A stretch of 64,000 nucleotides of DNA from Parcubacteria group bacterium GW2011_GWD2_38_12 (GTDB lineage Bacteria > Patescibacteriota > Minisyncoccia > GWC2-36-17), in NCBI GenBank assembly GCA_000992345.1, contig LBUA01000001.1, forward strand, positions 81,711 through 145,710, read 5' to 3'. The position numbers and the translations under genes were made by a program. This document shows, in pieces, positions 10,872 through 18,797 of this stretch (position 1 is the stretch's first letter; each line of letters begins with the position of its first letter). The notes beneath the pieces are model-generated. The model was not told the origin of the DNA, did no database searches, and worked only from the letters and a program-made list of their open reading frames with translations.

Positions 10872-13127
10872 GTGTCCATAATTACAAAATTTATTATTCT
10901 TTTCGTCATCATTTTTTCTATTATTTCTTTCGGTGTTTTTTATTTTTTACTCGGTTATTCGGAAATTAATTTAAAAAAACAAGTATTTGAAGATTTGACC
11001 GTACTCGCTGAGGCGGAAGAGGGTTTTATTATAACTTTTTTAGAGCAAATAAAGGGCAGAGCAGTTGATTTTAGCAGTGACGGATTGATTCGTGAGAGCG
11101 TTGAAAAAATTATTACAGTGAAAAATCAACCCCAAGATATTGTCAATGAATTAAATGTCCATTTACGAAACAATAAGCAAAGCATTGACCCCACGATATT
11201 GGGAATTTTGATTATTGATACCAATGGAAAAGTTATAGCCAGTACCGACGAAAGAGAAATCGGATTTGATGAGTCAGTTGATGAGTATTTTAAAAATCTC
11301 TCCCAAACCAATCTGACTTATGGGTCGGTATATATATCGGATGTATTTATTGCTTCTCATTTTAACACAAGGGATCCGGTTTTAATGGTTGCCGCGCCTC
11401 TTTTCACCGTGGATAAAAGTATTAAGTTGGGATATATAATGAATGAAATTTCTCTATCCGAGATCAATAAAGTTTTAAGCGGGCAAAAACAAATTGAACT
11501 CGGAGCATTGACCGGAACCAGAGGACGTAGAACGACTCTAAATATATATTTAGTTAATAAAGATGGCTTGTTAATTACGCCCTCAATTTACGAAAATGAA
11601 GGACTATTAAAACAACAAATTGATTCACCTCTCGTTGAAGCTTGTCGCCGCAAAGAAGAAACAACCTCTATTTATAAAAATCATTTAGGCATAGAAGTTT
11701 TAGGGGCTTCTATGTGCTTGCCGACGCACGGCTGGACTTTGGTCGTAGGGCTATCAAGCGAAGAAGCTTTTTCTGTAATTTCTGATTTAAGAAAAGAAGT
11801 TTTAATTTCCGGGTCTGTTTTGCTGGTTATTTTGATAATTATCGCGGTATTATTTTTATATTATTTTATTATTCGGAATATTTTAAATTTAAAGCGTGGC
11901 GCAAAAATTATAGGCGCAGGCAATTTTGATTATGAAATAAAATTAGAATCAAAAGATGAATTTGGAGATTTGGCCAATGATTTTAATATAATGACTAGAA
12001 AATTGAGGGAATTGTTTGGTGACATTAAGGCATCTTCTTTAAAAATAAAAGAATCGGAAGAAAAATATAAAATCATGTTTAATGGCGCTGTTGATGCAAT
12101 TTTTATATCTGATGCTGAGGGAAATTTTTTAGAAGTGAATGAAAATGCAATAAGAATGACCGGATATAAAGCGGGTGAATTGTTGGCAATGAATCACCTC
12201 CAGATTTACAGCAAGGAAGATATGGCAAGGTGCCAAGAGCAATTTAAGGTTGCTTTGCAAAAAAACATTTGTTTTATTGAAAATGTCAGTATTTTGAAAA
12301 AAAATAATCAGATTTTGCCGGTGGATATCGGCATCAGTTTATTGAGATACGGCAATAAAGAATTCCTGCAGTTTATAGTGCGCGATGTTTCGGAAAGAGT
12401 GGCATTAGAAGAGCATCATAAAGAGATAGACCATATTAAATCGCAATTTATCAATGTCGTATCTCATCAATTGCGAACGCCGTTAAATTCCATTCGTTGG
12501 AATCTGGAGGTGCTGCTTGGCGGCGATATCGGGTCATTTAAAAAAGATCAGGAAAAGTTTCTTAAGACTGTGTATCTTAATAATCAGAATATCATAAATA
12601 TCATTTCGGATTTATTTTTGGCGCTTGAGATAGAGGAGACGGAAATCGGACTTAAAAAGGAGGCAGTGGATATAGAAGCGTTATTGAGTTCTGTTGCCGA
12701 GGGATTTAAAAATAGTTTGGCCATAAAGCGCATCAAATTGGAAGTTGGTAAGCTAAAAAGCGGAAAAATTATAAACGTGGATGGCGATAAGGATAAATTA
12801 ACTCAGGTTTTCTCAAGATTAATAGATAATGCGGTTAAGTATAGCAAAGAAGATAGCAAAATTACTATTAAGATTGAAAAAATTGATAATAGCGCGGTGG
12901 TATCTTTCATTGATAGTGGCATAGGAATCCCCGTGGGGGAACATCCAGCTTTATTTAGTAAGTTTTTCAGGGCGTCCAATGCGGCTGTTATGCATCCGAA
13001 TGCTTCCGGATTGGGACTTTTTATATCCAAGAAAATAATTGAAGCGCATCACGGAAAAATTTGGTTTGTTTCAACAGAGGGCAAGGGCACGACATTTTTT
13101 GTGAGTTTGCCCAGTAGTGAATTTTGA
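10872..13127 (+). CDS. Cache-HAMP-PAS sensor histidine kinase
   Basis: Two TMs around an extracytoplasmic domain, HAMP (DEFGDLANDFN), PAS, SHQLRTPL, HATPase; GTG 10872 is the likely start. Confidence 0.9.
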   Translation: MSIITKFIILFVIIFSIISFGVFYFLLGYSEINLKKQVFEDLTVLAEAEEGFIITFLEQIKGRAVDFSSDGLIRESVEKIITVKNQPQDIVNELNVHLRNNKQSIDPTILGILIIDTNGKVIASTDEREIGFDESVDEYFKNLSQTNLTYGSVYISDVFIASHFNTRDPVLMVAAPLFTVDKSIKLGYIMNEISLSEINKVLSGQKQIELGALTGTRGRRTTLNIYLVNKDGLLITPSIYENEGLLKQQIDSPLVEACRRKEETTSIYKNHLGIEVLGASMCLPTHGWTLVVGLSSEEAFSVISDLRKEVLISGSVLLVILIIIAVLFLYYFIIRNILNLKRGAKIIGAGNFDYEIKLESKDEFGDLANDFNIMTRKLRELFGDIKASSLKIKESEEKYKIMFNGAVDAIFISDAEGNFLEVNENAIRMTGYKAGELLAMNHLQIYSKEDMARCQEQFKVALQKNICFIENVSILKKNNQILPVDIGISLLRYGNKEFLQFIVRDVSERVALEEHHKEIDHIKSQFINVVSHQLRTPLNSIRWNLEVLLGGDIGSFKKDQEKFLKTVYLNNQNIINIISDLFLALEIEETEIGLKKEAVDIEALLSSVAEGFKNSLAIKRIKLEVGKLKSGKIINVDGDKDKLTQVFSRLIDNAVKYSKEDSKITIKIEKIDNSAVVSFIDSGIGIPVGEHPALFSKFFRASNAAVMHPNASGLGLFISKKIIEAHHGKIWFVSTEGKGTTFFVSLPSSEF

Positions 13128-13175
13128 TGCTATAGAAAGGTCGGAAATTTAATTGAAAGTAGAAAGAGGGAAAAT

Positions 13176-13241
13176 ATGAACATTTTTACACTTAAAAAAT
13201 GGATGTTGCGGGCAGTGGCTCGCTGTAGTGAGGGTTGTTAG
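13176..13241 (+). CDS. Putative 21-aa small ORF / leader peptide (MNIFTLKKWMLRAVARCSEGC)
   Basis: AGAGGG SD-like sequence upstream; ends just before a strong terminator preceding mgtE. Confidence 0.3.
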   Translation: MNIFTLKKWMLRAVARCSEGC

Positions 13242-13245
13242 TTTT

Positions 13246-13294
13246 GCCCCTCCCCAGTTTTTACAAAAACTGGGGAGGGGCTTTTTGTTTTTTT
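13246..13294 (+). terminator. Strong intrinsic terminator upstream of mgtE
   Basis: GCCCCTCCCCAGTTTTT/AAAAACTGGGGAGGGGC 17-bp stem plus T-tract. Confidence 0.85.
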
Positions 13295-13311
13295 ATGATA
13301 AAATATTGGTA

Positions 13312-14328
13312 ATGAATAATAACAAAGTGGATCAACAAGAAACCAAATATCTGCCTCCCGAGTCTGCAGGAAGGATAATGACCGCCAACATTCCAATTGC
13401 CGGACCATCATCAACAATCGAAGAGATTGAGAAATTGCTGCTTGAAAAAACCAAAGATTTTGAGACAATAAATTATATTTATATTGTTAATACTGAGAAT
13501 AAATTAGTAGGCGTTACGTCCATAAAAGAAATATTTCGTCGTCCCAAAAATAGTGTTGTCTCTGAGATTATGGAAACTAATCTGATCGTCGTAAGACCCC
13601 ACACCGACAGAGAGAGGGTGGCGTTATTGGCCATTAAATATAACTTGAAATCAATACCGGTCGTTGATAATGAAAATAAATTTTTAGGCATTGTTCCGTC
13701 TGATGTGATTTTGACGACCTTGCACCAGGAAAATATTGAAAATGTTTTACGATCAGTGGGTATTCATAATTTCGAAAACCCGATAAAGGATTTAATATTC
13801 GCTTCAGCTTTTACTCATTTTAAAAAGAGATTTCCTTGGCTCATTGTCGGGCTTTTGGGAGGTATAATTGCGGCAGTGATGGTTGGGTTTTTTGAAAATC
13901 TTTTTGCAAAAATGGTGGCTCTTGCCGCGTTTATTCCGGCGGTAGTTTATATGGCCGATGCGGTCGGTAGCCAAACGCAGACAATCTTAATACGCAGTTT
14001 AGCGATAGAGCATAACCTTATTTTTAAAAAATATTTATGGCGTGAATTAAAAGTAAGTTTTTTTCTTGCCTTGATTTTGGGTATCGTAATATCACTGGTA
14101 TTATTTTTATGGTGGTCTTCGTTTCTACTTGGGTTTATTTTAGGAATATCGTTTTTTATTACTATATTGGTCGCGTCTTTTTTAGCGCTATTTATCCCTT
14201 GGGTTTTTTATAAATTTAAATATGATCCAGCGATAGTGACTGGCCCCCTTGCCACTGCCATACGCGATGTGCTGAGTATTATATTATATTTTGCTGTTGC
14301 TTCCGTTGTTTTAAGGTATTTTTTGTAA
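13312..14328 (+). CDS. mgtE: Magnesium transporter MgtE (CBS pair + TM domain, lacks the N-domain)
   Basis: SAGRIMT, CBS pair, KRFPWL, DAVGSQT and DPAIVTGPLATAIRD; ATG 13312. Confidence 0.9.
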   Translation: MNNNKVDQQETKYLPPESAGRIMTANIPIAGPSSTIEEIEKLLLEKTKDFETINYIYIVNTENKLVGVTSIKEIFRRPKNSVVSEIMETNLIVVRPHTDRERVALLAIKYNLKSIPVVDNENKFLGIVPSDVILTTLHQENIENVLRSVGIHNFENPIKDLIFASAFTHFKKRFPWLIVGLLGGIIAAVMVGFFENLFAKMVALAAFIPAVVYMADAVGSQTQTILIRSLAIEHNLIFKKYLWRELKVSFFLALILGIVISLVLFLWWSSFLLGFILGISFFITILVASFLALFIPWVFYKFKYDPAIVTGPLATAIRDVLSIILYFAVASVVLRYFL

Positions 14329-14330
14329 TC

Positions 14331-15290
14331 TTATTTTAAAATTTTATTGATAAGGAATGAATAGCCACCAATAAACCCCGTGGCATTAATTTGATTTTTC
14401 CCTTCAGGCTGGATTTTTGTTAGTTTTAAACAGTCTTTACCGGTTTTAACGAATAAATTATTTTTTCCGTCCGTAAATAAAAATCCGTAATCTTTCAATT
14501 TTTTATTTGCGCAAACCGTAATGTCGGCTTCAAGTATTTTTAGCCTTCTTTCTTTGCCATCCCGGTCTTTAAAAAAACAAAATGTTCCAGGCCAAATATT
14601 AAAAGCCCTGATTTGCCTTTCAATTTTTTCTGCGCTGTTTTGCCAGTTTATTTTTCCGTCTTCTTTTGAGAGTATTTTAGTTAACGTCATTTCATCGTGA
14701 TTTTGTTCGGTCACTTTCAATTGGCCGGATATCCATTTTGATATGGTTTCAATTAAAAGCGATGCTCCGATTTTTGCCATTTTTTCGAATAATGTTTTTG
14801 ACGTTTCTTTTGGTTCAATTTTGATTTTTTTTTGGGAAAGAATCGGTCCGTGGTCCATTAATTCGTCCATAATCATTATTGTCACTCCGGTTTTTTCATA
14901 TCCTTCCAATATGGCAAATTGCACAGGGGAAGCGCCGCGAAGTTTTGGCAAAAGCGAACCGTGGACATTGATTGCTTTGTATTTTGGAATATCAAGAATT
15001 GTTTTTGGTATTATTTGGCCAAAGGCCGCAACTACAATCAATTCCGGATTCAGTTCTTTTATTTTTTCCGTCCATTCAGGTTTGCGTATTTTATCCGGTT
15101 GCAGGACGGGGATATTGTATTTTTCGGCCAATATTTTTGTCGGTGGGGGAGTAAGAATTTGTTTTCTGCCGACTAGCTTATCTTGATTGCAGACAGTAGA
15201 AATAACCTCAATAAAATCAGATTTAATAAGCGCCTCCAGTATCGGCACGGCAAATTCCGGAGTGCCCATGAAGATTGTTTTTATTTTCAT
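14331..15290 (-). CDS. fmt: Methionyl-tRNA formyltransferase
   Basis: FMGTPEFA and INVHGSLLPKLRGASP. Confidence 0.97.
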   Translation of the reverse strand: MKIKTIFMGTPEFAVPILEALIKSDFIEVISTVCNQDKLVGRKQILTPPPTKILAEKYNIPVLQPDKIRKPEWTEKIKELNPELIVVAAFGQIIPKTILDIPKYKAINVHGSLLPKLRGASPVQFAILEGYEKTGVTIMIMDELMDHGPILSQKKIKIEPKETSKTLFEKMAKIGASLLIETISKWISGQLKVTEQNHDEMTLTKILSKEDGKINWQNSAEKIERQIRAFNIWPGTFCFFKDRDGKERRLKILEADITVCANKKLKDYGFLFTDGKNNLFVKTGKDCLKLTKIQPEGKNQINATGFIGGYSFLINKILK

Positions 15291-15306
15291 GAAAATAAAA
15301 AAGCTT

Positions 15307-15780
15307 TTAGCTTTTAGCTGTTAGCTTAAAAACTTCCCTTGTTTTGTCTATAAATAAAATACCATCCAAGTGATCGACTTCGTGTTGAAAAGCTTGAGCG
15401 AGAAGACTGTCGGCTTTTAATTGGAATTTTTTTCCAGTTTCGTTAAGAGCCGTTATTTTTGCGGTTTTTGATCTTTTAATTTTTCCATAAATTTTAGGCA
15501 AAGAAAGACAACCCTCCGTGACAAGAGTTTTTCGAAAGGATTTTCTGATAATGGGGTTTATGAACACGGTTTGTTCACTAAGTTCTGGAGATAGAATAAA
15601 AATACGGATATTCTTGCCGATTTGCGGAGCGGCGAGTCCAACACCCTCTTTTATGGAGGAGAGGGTTTCTTTCATGTCAATTATCAATTTTTGAATTTTT
15701 GGATCCCTAAAATCAGCTACTTTTTGCGACTTTGCCCGTAAAATCTTATTATCTTTTCCAGTTTGTATTGGTAAAATCAT
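15307..15780 (-). CDS. def: Peptide deformylase
   Basis: GVGLAAPQIG, EGCLS and QHEVDHLDG. Confidence 0.97.
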   Translation of the reverse strand: MILPIQTGKDNKILRAKSQKVADFRDPKIQKLIIDMKETLSSIKEGVGLAAPQIGKNIRIFILSPELSEQTVFINPIIRKSFRKTLVTEGCLSLPKIYGKIKRSKTAKITALNETGKKFQLKADSLLAQAFQHEVDHLDGILFIDKTREVFKLTAKS

Positions 15781-16595
15781 ACATCTAGCGGGCTTTTAAT
15801 GTTTTTTAAACTTGGATTTGTCACCTTTGTGTAAAGTTGCGTTGTCCTGATGTTTTGATGTCCCAATAATTCTTGCACATAACGCACGTCAACGCCATTT
15901 TCAAGTAGGTGAGTGGCGAAACTATGACGCAGAGAATGAAAGGTCGCATCTTTTTGTATGCTGGTTTTTCGCAGGGCGTTTTCAAAAACCTTTTGCGCCG
16001 TCCGTTCCGTCAATTTTCCGCCTCGCTCACTATTAAACAAGTAATCGTTTCCCGTCCTGTTGTTGATTAAACTTATAATATCATTTTTTATTTTTTTTGG
16101 GAAAATAGTGATTCTATCTTTATCTCCCTTGGCTCCTTTTAGATGTATGGTCAGTTCAGTTAAATCAATATCTTTAATTTTTAGGTTTGTAGTCTCGCTC
16201 ACGCGCAGACCGCCGGCATAAGCTAAGGCAATTATTAATTTATGCTTGAAATTGGAAATACTGTCTAAGATTTTGTTTATTTCAGCGCGGGATAAAACAA
16301 TAGGCAATTTATTCGATGTTTTTGCAAACCTGAGATTGATATTACTGTTTGATTTAATAATGTTCGAATAAAAAAATTTTATAGAGTAAAGATAGACGTT
16401 TATTGTGTTGGAAGAAAGCCCCCCTTCTTTTTTATGGAGCAAAAAATTTCTTATAAAATCAATATCGGCAAATTGCAAATTATCATTTTTTGCGAGAAAA
16501 TAATCTCTAAGGCAGGTTAAATAACTTTTAATTGTTTTCCCGCTATAATTACGAATTTTAAGCTCATTTTCAGCTTGTTTTAAATAATGCTCCAT
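15777..16595 (-). CDS. Tyrosine recombinase, integron-integrase-like (SAM-like N-domain; no IntI-specific insertion)
   Basis: R-K-H-R-H-Y set: GLRVSE, KGAKGDKDR, HSLRHSFATHLLE, LLGH, TTQLYT; LPIVLS linker; ATG 16595 preferred over 16646. Confidence 0.9.
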   Translation of the reverse strand: MEHYLKQAENELKIRNYSGKTIKSYLTCLRDYFLAKNDNLQFADIDFIRNFLLHKKEGGLSSNTINVYLYSIKFFYSNIIKSNSNINLRFAKTSNKLPIVLSRAEINKILDSISNFKHKLIIALAYAGGLRVSETTNLKIKDIDLTELTIHLKGAKGDKDRITIFPKKIKNDIISLINNRTGNDYLFNSERGGKLTERTAQKVFENALRKTSIQKDATFHSLRHSFATHLLENGVDVRYVQELLGHQNIRTTQLYTKVTNPSLKNIKSPLDV

Positions 16596-16609
16596 GATAA
16601 TATTTGATA

Positions 16610-16693
16610 TAGGTCGAAGTATATAGATATTTCGGATAAAATGCAATATCCTGTATATTATCAGAAAACACTTCGCATATAAACGAGTTAGCT
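16610..16693 (+). other. attI-like site
   Basis: Upstream of the divergent integrase, ending in core site GTTAGCT (16687-16693). Confidence 0.6.
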
Positions 16694-16718
16694 GAAATGC
16701 GCATTTATTTTAAAAACA

Positions 16719-17234
16719 ATGGAATTGCAAAATTTGACCACAACTGATTTATTAATTGCTTTCTTTAGCGGAGTTGGAGCCACTGTCTTTGGTTTTGTTT
16801 TAACAATGCTATGGGAATGGAGAAAATCAATAAAACAGGAACGCGCCATTATTGACGCTTTAAAACAAGAATTGCAGACTAACAAAGAAACATTGGAAAG
16901 TAATCTTGCATATATAAATCAAGAACTTGGAATAATCGATCAAGGCAAATCTCTAGTTATTCCACTTAATTTATTAAATGGAGATTTTTCTGACCTTTTA
17001 TTTATCAGTATTCCAAAGAAATTAAAAAAAGACACCAATATACTAATGGAAATCAGAAAAATCTCCAGACTTTCCAAAGAAAACAACGAGACTATAAAAA
17101 GTCGAGAAACATATAGAGTCAATAACGGCGCTATGTCTAATTACAACTCAAGGATGAAAATATACGGTCAAATTTTGCAAACACAGACAAATCAATTAGT
17201 TTTAATTACTGAGACAATATTAACTAAAATATAA
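16719..17234 (+). CDS. Cassette 1 hypothetical protein with N-terminal TM helix
   Basis: ORF fills the space between the attI-like core and attC1; hydrophobic N-terminus. Confidence 0.8.
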   Translation: MELQNLTTTDLLIAFFSGVGATVFGFVLTMLWEWRKSIKQERAIIDALKQELQTNKETLESNLAYINQELGIIDQGKSLVIPLNLLNGDFSDLLFISIPKKLKKDTNILMEIRKISRLSKENNETIKSRETYRVNNGAMSNYNSRMKIYGQILQTQTNQLVLITETILTKI

Positions 17235-17245
17235 ATGTGCACATC

Positions 17246-17388
17246 AGCTAACACGGCATATCTGGCTCGAAAAATTGACACATTTAAATCTTAAAGGAAA
17301 GTCAATTTCCCTCGACCCAAATTTCGCCACTCTTTTATATTTTTAATAATGAAGTGTCGAAACCTCAGATGATGCCGATACGTTAGAC
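17246..17388 (+). repeat. attC-like site 1
   Basis: R'' AGCTAAC ... R' GTTAGAC; CGGCAT-ATCTG pairs with CAGATGATGCCG with one bulged base; two internal hairpins. Confidence 0.8.
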
Positions 17389-17500
17389 GAAATTTTGTTC
17401 AAAAATATTTTTTCATTTTATATTTGAGCCCTTTTGAAATTTTTTTTGGAAAAGAAAAAACCGCTGGGCGTACCATGCGGTTTTGGACTTCGTAATAAGG

Positions 17501-17659
17501 CTATGCGGCCTTGCCAACGAAACCATTAGCAGGCTTATTTGGGATAGTATATCCTCCTTTCTCTAAAAGAGCGACGAGCTTCTCTTCCTTCACCGATATT
17601 TTATGCCAGTCCTTACCAGCATAAATCTCTGCCACCATCTTGCATATTTCTTTTTCCAT
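17501..17659 (-). CDS. Cassette 2 small hypothetical protein, 52 aa (MEKEICKMVAEIYAGKDWHK...)
   Basis: AGGAGG SD, own TTGACA-N16-TAAACT promoter and downstream hairpin/T-run; absent from the ORF track. Confidence 0.7.
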   Translation of the reverse strand: MEKEICKMVAEIYAGKDWHKISVKEEKLVALLEKGGYTIPNKPANGFVGKAA

Positions 17660-17704
17660 TGCTCCTCCTTTTGAAACAGGTTATTTGAATGACAGCTTTG
17701 AATA

Positions 17705-17732
17705 AGTTTACTGCAAAAAAAGGAAATGTCAA
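17705..17732 (-). promoter_or_regulatory. Sigma70 promoter for the 52-aa ORF
   Basis: TTGACA-N16-TAAACT. Confidence 0.6.
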
Positions 17733-17764
17733 GCCAACCGCCAAAAAAAATTTCAAAAGGGCTC

Positions 17765-17891
17765 TTTTAACAAGGCATATCTGGTTCAAAAATTTTGCTC
17801 TTTATAGTAAATAGGTGAAGGCAAAATTTTTTCTCCCAAATTTTCTTCTGCTACGCTCCAGAAAACTTCGCTTAATCCCGATACGTTAGGC
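17765..17891 (+). repeat. attC-like site 2 (arms mismatched)
   Basis: TAACAAGGCATATCTGG left arm resembles attC1; ends CCGATACGTTAGGC. Confidence 0.65.
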
Positions 17892-18002
17892 GTAATAATA
17901 AAAAGTTTTTTAATTTATTTTTTTATAAATTTCGGCAATTTATTTTAGGCTGGTCGAATAACTTAAGTTAAGTTAAATAATAATTTAATAACAATAAAAT
18001 TT

Positions 18003-18720
18003 ATGAGTAAAAATCCAATGGAGGAAATGCCACAGGCGGGCAAGTCGCCATCTTAAAAGTTTTGAACCTTCTGAGGATAAACAAATTCAGGCATTTAAAA
18101 TATTAGAGGATAAATTGGGAATAAACGAAAAATTTACCATTTATGATTTTTTTAGAGTATTACGAGAAGAAATTGGAGATGTTGATGCTAATCTGATCAA
18201 ATATAGACGAAAAGTGAATGAATTAGGTCTCAAGCTTGAAGATTTGTTGCAACCCCCTTCCTTATTTTCATTCTAATGTATCCACTCAAAATGAAATGGC
18301 AGAAAGAAAAAATGTATATAGTGAAGGTGAAATAAAAATCATTCTAGACGAGATTAAAAAAGAACAGGACGAAGGAATTGCTTTGGTTTTGCCTGCATAC
18401 AAGAAAGCCCAAAATCTTTATCAATCCACATCGGAGGTCTTGGTGGCGGTAGATAATAAAGGAGTATTTTATAATAATATCAATCGCGGAGTAAAAGAAT
18501 TATTTTCACAGTTTGTTAGTAATATTGCTTATAATTTAAAATTAGGACTAGGAGCGGGATTAAGTTGCAGTGGATAATGGAAGTTCGATAGTACTGATAT
18601 AGAAGAATTTGGGAAGGATGGTATTAAAAAGCGTCTACAAAAACAATGAAGCTGCGTGAGAGCAGGCATGGAATAAGTAAAGAGATGGGCTCTATCAAAC
18701 AATTAGGAAAGAGATAGATT
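18003..18720 (+). pseudogene. Degraded cassette 3 gene
   Basis: ATG 18003 hits a stop at 18054; coding-like segments continue in shifted frames, including 18236-18577, with further stops. Confidence 0.55.
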
Positions 18721-18749
18721 AAGTAGAAAAAATCTATAAAAAATCAAAA

Positions 18750-18797
18750 TTAATCTTAACCTTAAGTTCGCCATGGCGAACTTAAGGTTAAGATTAA
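18750..18797. repeat. 48-bp perfect palindrome at the array/priA boundary (possible bidirectional terminator)
   Basis: TTAATCTTAACCTTAAGTTCGCCA|TGGCGAACTTAAGGTTAAGATTAA. Confidence 0.85.

Larger units (their letters stand above)
17426..17764. repeat. 24-bp perfect inverted repeat pair (17426-17449 and 17741-17764)
   Basis: GAGCCCTTTTGAAATTTTTTTTGG / CCAAAAAAAATTTCAAAAGGGCTC. Confidence 0.9.
15777..18797. mobile_element. Integron-like element: integrase, attI-like site and three cassettes
   Basis: Divergent integrase, GTTRRRY cores at 16687, 17382 and 17885, two attC-like sites. Confidence 0.75.

Noticed and set aside
15777-16595. Housekeeping XerC/XerD
   Set aside because: The IntI-like LPxVLS linker and N-domain, plus the adjacent GTT/AAC-bounded cassettes, favour an integron-type role; not formally excluded.
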